Of a stretch of 64,000 bases of DNA, positions 29,284 through 39,036 are shown in pieces. The translations under genes and the position numbers were made by a program. The stretch covers positions 18,296 to 82,295 of IMG/VR virus record IMGVR_UViG_3300033144_005375; one strand, 5' to 3'. The notes under the pieces are model-generated. The model did no database searches and had not been told where the DNA came from. It saw only the letters and a list, made by a program, of their open reading frames with translations. Source of the stretch: a virus. The first letter of the stretch is position 1; every line of letters starts with the position of its first letter.

Positions 29284-29700
29284 CTACCCCTCTCCGAGGT
29301 GCCGTCGCGCAACTTGACGCGCCATGTGTCGCTCCAACACCCGCTGCGTAGTTTGTCGAAGCATGGGAGCCGAAAAGGAACTCGTGCCTTCCACCGTCTC
29401 ATCGACACGGTTACGTCGGGTGATCGGGAGACGCTCACGAAGATGGTCCTTGCCCATCAAAGAGAGCGCGTAATTGATCTCGTCGAGCTGCTCCTCAAGG
29501 ATCTCGAGCCGCTTCGGAAAGTTCACGATGATGTCCCCGGCAACCTGATAGAGATGCTCTTTTTCTGGGGAACTCTCGACGAGCTTGAGCACTTTCGACA
29601 AAAGTTGGTGCAACCGGTGGGCTTCCACCCGTGCGGCACTTACGCCTCCAGTGATCAGGGCCCAGCCGGCCTGGCTTCCTGCGCTTCGTGAAATCGACAT
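29284..29700 (-). CDS. Hypothetical helical protein
   Basis: AAGG RBS; C-terminal RVLERH and QVARRHL. Confidence 0.7.
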   Translation of the reverse strand: MSISRSAGSQAGWALITGGVSAARVEAHRLHQLLSKVLKLVESSPEKEHLYQVAGDIIVNFPKRLEILEEQLDEINYALSLMGKDHLRERLPITRRNRVDETVEGTSSFSAPMLRQTTQRVLERHMARQVARRHLGEG

Positions 29701-29722
29701 GGCGCCTTCACAAGGGGCGCCT

Positions 29723-29737
29723 CATTGGCCGAAAACC
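29723..29737 (-). promoter_or_regulatory. Putative late promoter motif
   Basis: GGTTTTCGGCCAATG, 22 nt upstream of the 29700 start. Confidence 0.5.
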
Positions 29738-29747
29738 GAAACCCAAC

Positions 29748-31367
29748 CTAATTGTCGTCTTTTTTGGCCTCAGCCCGCTTTTTGAGGGCCGCTGCCATGG
29801 CCTTCTTGATGTCCTCACGGGCCAAGTTCGTCTCCACGGCCAGAATCCCCTTGAGATACTGAGGATCCTTCGTCAGATACTTCAAAGCAGCAGCGACGCG
29901 CACCTTGACCGGCCGATCCTTGTCCCAGTTGAAATCGGGGATCAGCATCTTCACAGCCTCGTAGGCCGGATCGTGTTCCGGACGCCGATGGACCTCCGGC
30001 ACAGGACTGCTCACAGCGTCTGGGAGCACATCTTGAAGCGTCTCCCCACTCTGGGCCTCCTGCACGTCCCCAGTGGCCACGACCGTCACTGGGGCTCCCT
30101 GGGACACGTTCCCAACGACCACCCCATCCTCTTCGTACTTCTCGACCCGAAGGCGCTTGCCACCGGCGGCACGCTCGATCGCAGTGCTCGAGGTGTTCGC
30201 ATCGCTGGCCACGAAACTCTGCTTGGCTGGCGAAAGGATCCGACTCACGGCAACCCCACCGTCGATGGTGACAGGAGGCGCAGCACTGGCTGTCTTCCGA
30301 GTACCGACCTGCGCGCCATCGCCCATCATGATCGACTCTCGGTTCCCCGAGGTGACCTTGGCCGACTCGTCCAACCGAATCGGGGCGCCCGCGGTATTGG
30401 ACAATTTGATCCGAGAAACTTCACGTTGCTCGTCCACGACAATCGCACCGCTGATGCCGGGGCGCTTGGGGGCGCGTGCCTTTTGGGGGACCGCAGGACT
30501 CACACGCATGGCGATCTCCTCCTCACGCTCGATGATGGTGCGCTTCTGGTCACCAACGTTTCCGACGACGGTGCCTTCGGTCTCCGTCGTGTCCTGCACG
30601 ATAGGCATCGTCAGACGCTCATCCTGCATGTCCACGGGAAGGCGACGAGCGCTCGTAGGTTTGGCAACGGCCTTGCGCTTCGCGACCTTCTTGGACTTCC
30701 TCTTCAGAGGGGGCGCCGGATCGTCTTCCGCCCAGTTGAGGAGCGCGATGATGTCGGAATCGACCTCGGCCCTCATCTCGGCCTGTCGCTCTTCCTCTTC
30801 GGTGTCGTCCTCTTCCTCGGGCTCCGTCTCGAAGAGAATCATCTCCTCTTCGATCTCGCTGAAGATCTCGTCAAGCTCTTCGTCACCGGTGCTCTCGACG
30901 TAGTACTCCTCGCCATCCGCCACGGCTTCACGAGCTTCCGGACTTTCGAGTGGCACCCGTCGCGTCGCCTCGAGATTGGTAGCTTCACGCGCAGCCTTGC
31001 GATCTGCGATCGAACCCACCATGCGCTCGTCGTCTTGCTCGAGAGTGATCGTGGTGCGAACCACCCGCTCATCACCACGCGTCTCGGTTGGACGCACCTT
31101 GATGCCGGCAGCCTTGGGACGAACACTCATCACCTGCTTGCCGACTGGCACAAGCCAGTTCGAGTTGAGGATCGCAGTACGAAGCTGCGGCACATCAGGG
31201 AACTCCCGGCCATCCTTGAGGATGACGGTGGACCCGTCGTACTTGAGTTCTTCACCGAGCGCTGGCGTGTAGCCACCTCCGCTGGTGTTGATGAATCCGA
31301 GGGACAGTCCCTCGACTCTCACTTCGTAGGTCCGGAATTCGTTTACTTGAAAGTCGATTGCAGGCAT
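29748..31367 (-). CDS. Hypothetical protein with an acidic central region
   Basis: 539-aa ORF; GGAG RBS. Confidence 0.75.
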   Translation of the reverse strand: MPAIDFQVNEFRTYEVRVEGLSLGFINTSGGGYTPALGEELKYDGSTVILKDGREFPDVPQLRTAILNSNWLVPVGKQVMSVRPKAAGIKVRPTETRGDERVVRTTITLEQDDERMVGSIADRKAAREATNLEATRRVPLESPEAREAVADGEEYYVESTGDEELDEIFSEIEEEMILFETEPEEEDDTEEEERQAEMRAEVDSDIIALLNWAEDDPAPPLKRKSKKVAKRKAVAKPTSARRLPVDMQDERLTMPIVQDTTETEGTVVGNVGDQKRTIIEREEEIAMRVSPAVPQKARAPKRPGISGAIVVDEQREVSRIKLSNTAGAPIRLDESAKVTSGNRESIMMGDGAQVGTRKTASAAPPVTIDGGVAVSRILSPAKQSFVASDANTSSTAIERAAGGKRLRVEKYEEDGVVVGNVSQGAPVTVVATGDVQEAQSGETLQDVLPDAVSSPVPEVHRRPEHDPAYEAVKMLIPDFNWDKDRPVKVRVAAALKYLTKDPQYLKGILAVETNLAREDIKKAMAAALKKRAEAKKDDN

Positions 31368-31433
31368 GGATGCGCTCCCCTGGGTTGGTGAAAACCGACC
31401 AGGATTACGTTACCCACCTAGATCGCAAGCGGA

Positions 31434-31745
31434 TCAATGAACTGTTTCCCCGTTTTTCCGCACCAAAACGGCTTTCGGGGGCTCTTCGGGGTCCTGGGCT
31501 GGAAATTCCTCCATTGCGCAGCTCAGGGTCTTCCGAATGTTGGGCAAAAATTCCCGCCGAACTCGGACTCGAGAGACCACTGTGGCTTCCTGGAGGTCCG
31601 CCGAGTAGATCATGAAATCCAAGAAACAGTCGTCGCCGATCTCTTTGACAACGCGAAACGCATTTGCGTACTGCCCGAACTTCACGTCCTCCTGGACGTT
31701 GACCTTCGTGATGCGTTGAGACTCAGCCATGCGTAAGACCTTCAA
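31434..31745 (-). CDS. DUF3467-like protein
   Basis: GQYANAFRV...CFLDF...VVSRVRV pattern. Confidence 0.55.
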   Translation of the reverse strand: MKVLRMAESQRITKVNVQEDVKFGQYANAFRVVKEIGDDCFLDFMIYSADLQEATVVSRVRVRREFLPNIRKTLSCAMEEFPAQDPEEPPKAVLVRKNGETVH

Positions 31746-31764
31746 GAACTACTGTACCCGTGGG

Positions 31765-32088
31765 TCAGATATCCACCTCACCAGGTTCGAAGCCCATCTC
31801 GAGCAACGAGGTGCGGTAACGGCGGGGGATCTGAAAAATGAAAACAAGACTACCATCGCAAAAATGAGTACCGACCGGGAAGGATGCGCTGGGGCATTCT
31901 TCAAAAAGAATAGCTAGATCATCGAACCGCTCTGCCACCCGCTGCATCGCAACCGCAACGTGCGACATCCCGACCGGCACGTCTTCGTGTTCCTGCAAGG
32001 TTTCACTCACGTTCGGGAACCGAACGTGGCAGGTAATCTTCTCATCCGGGGACGGGAAGCGGAGCACTTGGGCTTCCGATGCCATCAC
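31765..32088 (-). CDS. Hypothetical protein
   Basis: 107-aa ORF in the operon. Confidence 0.6.
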   Translation of the reverse strand: MMASEAQVLRFPSPDEKITCHVRFPNVSETLQEHEDVPVGMSHVAVAMQRVAERFDDLAILFEECPSASFPVGTHFCDGSLVFIFQIPRRYRTSLLEMGFEPGEVDI

Positions 32089-32102
32089 TGTCTTAGAGGT
32101 GG

Positions 32103-32681
32103 TTATAGGGTTACAACCGTCGCTTCCCGGAGGAATTCATGGATCTCCTCCGAATTCCTGAACCACTCGGCCTCTAAACGCAGGTGGGAAAAACGCGCGT
32201 GTAAGGCGGCTTCCCGATCCATCGTGCCGGGAACCGTTCCCAACAACGTCAACTTGTGCGCGTTCGCAGTTTGAAGTTCCCCAATGCGTCTTTCGATGTC
32301 CTGTGTCCAACCAATCTTGATCGGCCCACCCATACCGGCCTCGACGAAATACACGAGACCATCTCGATCTTTGAGCGCGATGTACTCTGGCTGGTAGCGG
32401 ATCGTTGTGACCCTCACTCGACCATGCACTTCGAATGACTGCCACAGTCCCGTCGAAAGTACGCTGTAGAGCGGCTCTTCCGTGACCGGGCCGTATGCGT
32501 ACGTGACGCCGGAGTTCGTCTTCGTTTCGTCCAGACGAACAAAGTCGGTTCGAAGCACACGCGATGATGCGTGCGTGTCCATCACACAAACGTGATGCGT
32601 CGGAACGAACTCAGCGCTCACAAGGATGTCGGAGTAACACTCCTCCACATCCGTCCGCGTGTAGATCGGTGGTCGGGCCAC
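32103..32681 (-). CDS. T5orf172/MUG113 (GIY-YIG-like) domain protein
   Basis: VYFV...IKIGWT...RRIGELQTAN...EAALHARF...EWF. Confidence 0.8.
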   Translation of the reverse strand: MARPPIYTRTDVEECYSDILVSAEFVPTHHVCVMDTHASSRVLRTDFVRLDETKTNSGVTYAYGPVTEEPLYSVLSTGLWQSFEVHGRVRVTTIRYQPEYIALKDRDGLVYFVEAGMGGPIKIGWTQDIERRIGELQTANAHKLTLLGTVPGTMDREAALHARFSHLRLEAEWFRNSEEIHEFLREATVVTL

Positions 32682-32714
32682 CCTTCTCTCTACCCACTAG
32701 TTGTTTGATAGGCC

Positions 32715-33359
32715 CTACGGACCTGGACTATCGAGCATCCAAATCTCGATGGCCTTCTCGATCGCGTACTCCTTGGGCATCGCACCCAGTTCGTAGCCCT
32801 CGTAAAGACTCTCGGCGCGCGGGCGCATGTGCCCACGGATCGCTTCTTCGGATGCCCCGAAAAGACGCTTCACCCGGTAGCTCTCTCGGTACGCCTGGAC
32901 CTCAAGCGCCCAACGACCTTCGGCGACGACGTACATGAGGCCCATCTTGAGCGGCGTGTGGGCGTCGTACTCACGGACGTGCACGATCTCATGCCACAGG
33001 ATCTCGGCCTGCGTGGCCTCCGCCATCTCGTCCCAGTGCTTGGCGACGTAGATCTTGCTGGGGAAGGTCGTCGTGAACTTCTCCCACTGCTCGATCCCCT
33101 CGGCCTTCGGGAGAATGCGGATGCCGTTGTCCTCGATCTCCTGCATGGCGAGCAGCCACGCTTCGTGTGAGTCCGAAGGGATGACCCCTTCTTCCGCCAT
33201 CTCCGATGTACGGTTGGCCAGCTCTTCGTAAAAAGGAGTCGAAGGGACGCCATTTTCGTCATAAGCCGGTGGGCCGACGATGTCGATGGACAGTCCGTGG
33301 GGACACCCTGTTGCGAAAAGAGTCAGTCCGAGTGTGAGCGACGTGAGTACGGTTCTCAT
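32715..33359 (-). CDS. Lipoprotein with a zincin-type metallopeptidase motif
   Basis: Signal peptide MRTVLTSLTLGLTLFATGC; HEIVH plus a downstream E in ALEVQAY. Confidence 0.7.
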   Translation of the reverse strand: MRTVLTSLTLGLTLFATGCPHGLSIDIVGPPAYDENGVPSTPFYEELANRTSEMAEEGVIPSDSHEAWLLAMQEIEDNGIRILPKAEGIEQWEKFTTTFPSKIYVAKHWDEMAEATQAEILWHEIVHVREYDAHTPLKMGLMYVVAEGRWALEVQAYRESYRVKRLFGASEEAIRGHMRPRAESLYEGYELGAMPKEYAIEKAIEIWMLDSPGP

Positions 33360-33442
33360 GATGCCTCCATCGAAGGGGCTCCTATAGAGAGAACAGCGCT
33401 TAGGGTCAAAGACAGCCATGGTCTCAGGGTGTGCCGGATGCC

Positions 33443-35608
33443 CTACACACGCAAAAACCAGCCCGTGTGTTTCTCGAAAGTGGGAACGAGCGCGTCCTTA
33501 GCGACTTTGTACTGACCCACGACATGCAACGCCCCGGATGCGTCCTTGGCCATGAACAGAATCTCGCATTGTCCCGGCTCATCTTCCATCATGGAAATCC
33601 CGCATTGGGTTCCCTTAGATGCCGTCCGGTTCGGCCAGCTAAACAGCAGCTCATTTTTGTAGAGTTTGAGGTCGCGAGCTCCAAGCATGCTTTCGAGCTT
33701 CCGACGACCACCCAAGGCTTCCAGAATTTCGTGGGCCTTCTTGTCACTGCCCCTTTTGAGACGGTCGATCAGTTTGCTGATCTCGGTCTCGGACATCTTC
33801 TCCAGGGAACTCTTGGACGGCGACTTCCGGCCAGCTTGTTCGAGCAAACTGTGGGCATACGAAACCTGCTTCGAGGAAGCAACCGTCTTCTCTCCCTGCA
33901 TTTTCTCAATGAGCGAGGAAATCTCAGCCTTGGTCTTTTTGGCCAATTCGGATTTCGTATGGTTTTTGCCCTTCTCCTCCGAGAGATCGAGGGCGAACTG
34001 GACCTGAGCCGCAGTCGCATTGTCGATCTTTTCTTCGGCTTCGGCCGCGAGCTTGGAGTGAACGAGCTTGAGTTTGAGGACCGGAAAACCGAGCCCACTA
34101 CCAGACTCCCACACCAACGGCATTCCCTGACCACGATCAGCCAGCATCTCTTGCTCAGGATTGACGCCCTGCAAAAGAACTCCCGGAATGTCAGGGTCGA
34201 AATCAGAATCCACGAGACGTGTCGCGACCTGTTGGGGGTGAAGCTCGTTGGGCGAGTAGAGGATCTCGATCAGGTCGCCTGCACGGAGGTTCCGCAGCAT
34301 CTGGTGCTGGGAGAACTCGTCCATGGCGAAGTCCCGGATGTTGATGTTGATGTTCCCCTCCTTGACGACCTCGCCCAGCAGGGCCTGCCGGAAGCTCGAA
34401 TCTTTTTTGGCAAGATCGATGATGGCACGGGTGGCGTTTTTGGTTGTCATGGCTTTATCCTTTTTGCTGCGCTTCTTGGGGAGGCTGTCCCAGATCTTAT
34501 TCAGGATCTGCATCTCAGTCTTGTCGAGCTGTGGCGCACGCTCGACTTTTTCAGAACCCTTGTTCTTGCCTCGGCTCTTCTCCGAAGCGTTGTGGAGAAA
34601 CTGACCGACCGTCTTCCCATCAGCCTTGGCTTTTCGATCAACGTATTTCTGGAGAACCTGGTCCCTACCGACGGGGAGCTCAAGTTCGATCTCAGAACCT
34701 TGTTCGAACCAGTACTTGCGCCCTTCCGGGAAAGACATCAATTCACTGATGCGGAAAGGGTCCCCAGGCTCTGAAAAAGAACTCGTGTCCTCAAGCTCTT
34801 CGATGAGCCACTTCGGCATCTGACTCACGTCGTTCTCTGGGATATCCCCGTCAAACCCGAGCAGAGGCCAGACGTAGTAGCCCACGTAGTCACCGTCAAA
34901 GCTCCCGGCTCCTACCGTCTTGATGTAGCTATCCGGGGCTACTTCTTTCATGCTGGCCACCTGGGTCGCCAACATCCGCGTCCCCATCCCTTTGGGCGCA
35001 CCACTATCAAGCTCCAGGTGCTTATTCTGGATACTGCCGAGACGACCGTTGAGGAAAAACATCTCCCGGTCCATCTCCACAATATCGTCGCCCTCTGCGG
35101 TGACCATCACAGCAGACCGGTTACCCCTCTTCAAGGTCATGAGTTTCACCGCCTTGAGACCTGGGACGCCGCCGCCTCCGGCCAGATCGAGAGCCAACTG
35201 CTCGGGGGTCATGCCGGCCTTTTTTGCGGCCTCCCCCAAGATGCTGTGAAGCTCCTGTTTGATCTCGTCAGAGTCTTCCCCAAAGGAGCCGTACTCCACC
35301 TCGACGCCCTTGTACCGGTCAGGGTCCTTGTTGGGCGTGAGAGTCGTAGCCTGGAGGGCCTCTTCCGGGATCTGCCGTTGGGGCTTCTTCGGCTCTTCCT
35401 GGGGACGCTGACGACTACGCCTCCAGTACTCGTGGATGCGCTGTTGCTCTTCATCCGGCAAAGTTGCGAACGCGACCTCCACCTTCCGACCGTCAGGATT
35501 CGGGTTCCGGAACTTGCGCCCGCGCATCGCCTCCAGAAACTCCGGAGCGTACTTCGCCCTCCGGACCATCCCCGGGGGTCGAGAGAACAGATCGAGCACA
35601 GCAACCAT
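33443..35608 (-). CDS. Multidomain protein C with a GNAT-like domain
   Basis: LDLFSRPP; KGMGTRMLATQVA...GYYVWPLLGF; short SxxQ...K(A/T)EISxLI repeats. Confidence 0.75.
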   Translation of the reverse strand: MVAVLDLFSRPPGMVRRAKYAPEFLEAMRGRKFRNPNPDGRKVEVAFATLPDEEQQRIHEYWRRSRQRPQEEPKKPQRQIPEEALQATTLTPNKDPDRYKGVEVEYGSFGEDSDEIKQELHSILGEAAKKAGMTPEQLALDLAGGGGVPGLKAVKLMTLKRGNRSAVMVTAEGDDIVEMDREMFFLNGRLGSIQNKHLELDSGAPKGMGTRMLATQVASMKEVAPDSYIKTVGAGSFDGDYVGYYVWPLLGFDGDIPENDVSQMPKWLIEELEDTSSFSEPGDPFRISELMSFPEGRKYWFEQGSEIELELPVGRDQVLQKYVDRKAKADGKTVGQFLHNASEKSRGKNKGSEKVERAPQLDKTEMQILNKIWDSLPKKRSKKDKAMTTKNATRAIIDLAKKDSSFRQALLGEVVKEGNININIRDFAMDEFSQHQMLRNLRAGDLIEILYSPNELHPQQVATRLVDSDFDPDIPGVLLQGVNPEQEMLADRGQGMPLVWESGSGLGFPVLKLKLVHSKLAAEAEEKIDNATAAQVQFALDLSEEKGKNHTKSELAKKTKAEISSLIEKMQGEKTVASSKQVSYAHSLLEQAGRKSPSKSSLEKMSETEISKLIDRLKRGSDKKAHEILEALGGRRKLESMLGARDLKLYKNELLFSWPNRTASKGTQCGISMMEDEPGQCEILFMAKDASGALHVVGQYKVAKDALVPTFEKHTGWFLRV

Positions 35609-35613
35609 CTGGT

Positions 35614-38600
35614 CTAGGAGTCTTCCTTGCTCAGCTCGGTGAGCAACAGCTTACGGAACGCATCGTTGCCTGTAGCGAGATCCACGAGATTCCGCGCGGC
35701 CTCCTTCTTGTGCTTCTTCTTCTTTTTGTTTTTCTTACGAGTTTCGGCACCCATCGCGTCCCAGATGCGGTTAGAAATCTCCTCTTCCTCGGGACCGAAG
35801 GTCGGAGGCTCCTCGACACCCTTCTTCTTGGACTTGCCCTTGGACTTATCCTCGTTCTTGGCCGCCGCGCGGTTCAAGAACTGGTCCACACCGACATCCG
35901 CCTTCTTCTTGGCCACTTCCTGAACGTATTTCGTCAGGTACCCGAGATTCCGAGAACCCTCACTCAAATCGAATTTCATGTTGTCCTCCCCCCTCCCGTG
36001 ATCTTTCCACCAGTCTCGAGCTTCTTGACCGGCCTCCATGACATCGATATAGGTCAGACCGCGTGAGCCGGCAGAGTGGACCTCACGAATCGAATCCTTG
36101 ATGCTGTCAGGCATGCGGTTAAACTGGTCACTCGGGAAAGATTTGTTATAGCCGAACCGCGGCCACACGTAGTACCCGTTGAACTGACCGTCTCGCCAAG
36201 GGCCATTGCCGGCCGGCTGAGTCGAAAGGTACTTGAATCCCATCTCCCGAGCGGCAGCGACTTGAGTGGCAAATGCCTTGAGGCCCATCTGTTTGGGGGC
36301 CGAAGGCTCCAGCTTAAAAATGCTGTTGTAAATAGAGGACGGCTTGCCGCCCTCGAACTTGACCACCCGGCTCATCGTTTCGATGTGGGTCCCCCGAGTT
36401 CTCACAGTGAGCTCTTGGTTCCCACTGTAACCCTCCACAGAGATGCTGACGTGGGTCACCGAATTCGCGAGACCACCCGCGCCAACCAAATCGGCGATCA
36501 CATGCTTCGGATCTCTACCCGCAGCTTTGGGGCCCAAAAGATCCCTCAAAGTCTCTTCGGTTGCGCCATACAAAGTAAAACTAACGTCGTCGTAACGAGC
36601 CGCCTGCTGGTTGGTAGTCAGTTCGCCATGACCCGGCTCGGCAAAACCACCAGGAGGGGCCACGAGCGGAGGCAAAAGGGCCTCTGGAAGATTGCCCTTG
36701 GTGAGGTAAGCCCACTGTTTGAGGTCCGCCTTGCTGAGCTCCTCAGAGTCTCCCTCATTTTCTCCCGTGTTAGCGTTAATGGGCTGGAGTTTCATCGAGT
36801 CTGAACCGATCGACTCGACCCGAACCCACTTGGGGGTCCGGTGGTGCATCGCACGAACCACTTGACCTTGCCGCACGTCCGAAAAGGTCTTGACGCGGTC
36901 ACCCGTTTCCGCCTGCTGCGGAGTCACGGCGATCTTGTAGTCACCGTCGAGATCCGCTTTTCGGACCTTCGTGGGACGACCAACTCCTCGACCGTCATGG
37001 ACATCCTGGATGTGGATCGCGGTGGGCGTCCGATGAACCACTCGATAGGTCTTGTCGCCCTTGGTCACATAGCTCCCAGGGCCCACGTCCGCAGGTGACG
37101 TGATGACGTGGCCCGGACCGATCATCCGCGTGTACGGACCGCGTTGCTCGAAAAGGGTTTTGTTGAGGTCACTCGGAGCCGCCCTCTGGTGCCCCTGGGC
37201 ATCCATGACACGGGAAACAACCTGTCCATTCGGTTTGATCGCCACCACCTCACGGTGCTGGTTCTGGTCACGCAAATAGTTGTTCGAGAAAATGTCCCCA
37301 ATACGAAGCTGACGCGGTTCCGTGATCGTGTCTCCCACGGGGATGTGGGGGAGTTCCCGCTGCCGTTCTCGTTCTCGGTCCCGCCGTTCTTGTCGCTCTC
37401 GTTCTTCTTGTTGTATGCGTTCTTGACGTTGCTCGCGTTCCCGCTGGTCTCGCGCGGCAGCTCCTGTGGCCGGGTCCGCCACACGCTCGTACTGCCCACG
37501 CCCGCTGAAATCCCCTTCCCGAGTGATCCAGGCACGAGGTGTCGTCCGAGGGTCCCGAAGAGTCGCCCCTGTCTCAGCACTGACCTGCTGGGTCTTCATG
37601 TCGCCGTTCGGCAGCACCTCGAGGATCTTGCGCAGGCGCCCCAGACGGGTCAGCTCATCATTCTGGATGAAATCGCCAGCACGGAGCTGCTTGGTGTCAT
37701 CGACTTTGGTGCCGATCTCGACACGCGGTCCCTCATCGGCATGCTTGACAACCTTGTGGTCTTGGATGGAAGTGAATGGAAGGTTGTAGGAGCCATCAAT
37801 CAGGTTTCCGTTGTCGTCCACCTTCTGGACCTTAATCACCCGGCCTTCGTGGAGCAGCTCAAGAATCTTGCGACGAGGTTGACCGTCGTTCGCCTGAAGG
37901 AGGTCCCCCACGCGAACCCGGCTAGGCCGTACAGCCTTCTCGCCGATCTGAGCGCGAGGTCCGTCACCGACAGGTGAGTACTCCCTGAACGATGACTCGT
38001 TCATCGTCCGGGCACGTTCGCTCCAGGACCCGTTCTCTTTTTTCCACTGGTAAATAATCTCCCCGTTTGACGCGTCAACACGGGAGATTCGGATTTCGTT
38101 GCCATCCGAGTTCCGAAGGATGGTGCCAGTCATCATGGCGTCATACGCACTGATACCCTCCGACGGTTGCTGCTGTTCGGGAGCTTCTTGCTTCTTGTAC
38201 TGCATGTTGCGGAAACTGGCTGGGCTCATGGTCCGCGCCCGAGCACTCCAGTTCCCGTCCTCTGTCTTCCAATAGTAACGAATTCGTCCCTCACCATCGA
38301 TGTTCCGGAACTTCATCTCGTGGTTGTTCCGGCCCCGAAGGATGGTGCCCATCTCCAACTCATCTGCGTTTTGGAGAACCCCTCCAGACTGCTGCCCTTG
38401 CTGCTGTTTCCAGGCTGCGAATTCACGAGCGATTTCTTGCCGGAAGTTCTCGTAGTTCATCCCAGTGTTGAACCGGACACGAGGCTCTCGGCTGTTACGC
38501 CGACGACGACGCTGAACTGGATCGGGATGCTCAACAAGCTCACGACCACCCTCATGTTTCTCATCGAGAAACTGTTGCCACAGCTCCTCTCCCTCGAAAC

Positions 38601-39036
38601 CCTCACGGTCACGTCGAGGCCGACGAGCACGTCCCCGTCCTGGGGGAGTCGGGGCCGGCGTTGGGGTTGGGGCGGGCTGAACTGAAGGTCTTTGAGGGGA
38701 TTCTGGGGGCGGACTGAACAGGTCGCGACCGCCTGCGGGTGCCTCGGGCGCAGGTGTCGGAGCCGGGGTCGGAGCCGGTGTCGTCGCACCTGGTTCGGGA
38801 GGCCGAGTGAACAGGTCCAGGACCGGTGCCGCCGCAGGGGCAGCAGGAGCTTCGGCAGCCGGCTCCGGGGCAGCAGGAGCCGCTGGTGACGGCGTAGAGG
38901 CACCTGGTTCGGGAGGCCGAGTGAACAAATCGAGCGCTCCGGAAGAGCCGCCAGCGGGGGCCGCTGGAGCGGGCGCAGAACCACCCTGATCGTCATCCCC
39001 CGGAGGAGGTTGAAACAAATTGAAACTAGCGGCCAT
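35614..39036 (-). CDS. Multidomain protein B with SH3/KOW-like repeats and a GNAT-like domain
   Basis: Pro-rich DLFTRPP repeats; repeated VGD-beta units; KQMGLKAFATQVA...GYYVWPRFGY. Confidence 0.8.
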   Translation of the reverse strand: MAASFNLFQPPPGDDDQGGSAPAPAAPAGGSSGALDLFTRPPEPGASTPSPAAPAAPEPAAEAPAAPAAAPVLDLFTRPPEPGATTPAPTPAPTPAPEAPAGGRDLFSPPPESPQRPSVQPAPTPTPAPTPPGRGRARRPRRDREGFEGEELWQQFLDEKHEGGRELVEHPDPVQRRRRRNSREPRVRFNTGMNYENFRQEIAREFAAWKQQQGQQSGGVLQNADELEMGTILRGRNNHEMKFRNIDGEGRIRYYWKTEDGNWSARARTMSPASFRNMQYKKQEAPEQQQPSEGISAYDAMMTGTILRNSDGNEIRISRVDASNGEIIYQWKKENGSWSERARTMNESSFREYSPVGDGPRAQIGEKAVRPSRVRVGDLLQANDGQPRRKILELLHEGRVIKVQKVDDNGNLIDGSYNLPFTSIQDHKVVKHADEGPRVEIGTKVDDTKQLRAGDFIQNDELTRLGRLRKILEVLPNGDMKTQQVSAETGATLRDPRTTPRAWITREGDFSGRGQYERVADPATGAAARDQREREQRQERIQQEERERQERRDRERERQRELPHIPVGDTITEPRQLRIGDIFSNNYLRDQNQHREVVAIKPNGQVVSRVMDAQGHQRAAPSDLNKTLFEQRGPYTRMIGPGHVITSPADVGPGSYVTKGDKTYRVVHRTPTAIHIQDVHDGRGVGRPTKVRKADLDGDYKIAVTPQQAETGDRVKTFSDVRQGQVVRAMHHRTPKWVRVESIGSDSMKLQPINANTGENEGDSEELSKADLKQWAYLTKGNLPEALLPPLVAPPGGFAEPGHGELTTNQQAARYDDVSFTLYGATEETLRDLLGPKAAGRDPKHVIADLVGAGGLANSVTHVSISVEGYSGNQELTVRTRGTHIETMSRVVKFEGGKPSSIYNSIFKLEPSAPKQMGLKAFATQVAAAREMGFKYLSTQPAGNGPWRDGQFNGYYVWPRFGYNKSFPSDQFNRMPDSIKDSIREVHSAGSRGLTYIDVMEAGQEARDWWKDHGRGEDNMKFDLSEGSRNLGYLTKYVQEVAKKKADVGVDQFLNRAAAKNEDKSKGKSKKKGVEEPPTFGPEEEEISNRIWDAMGAETRKKNKKKKKHKKEAARNLVDLATGNDAFRKLLLTELSKEDS

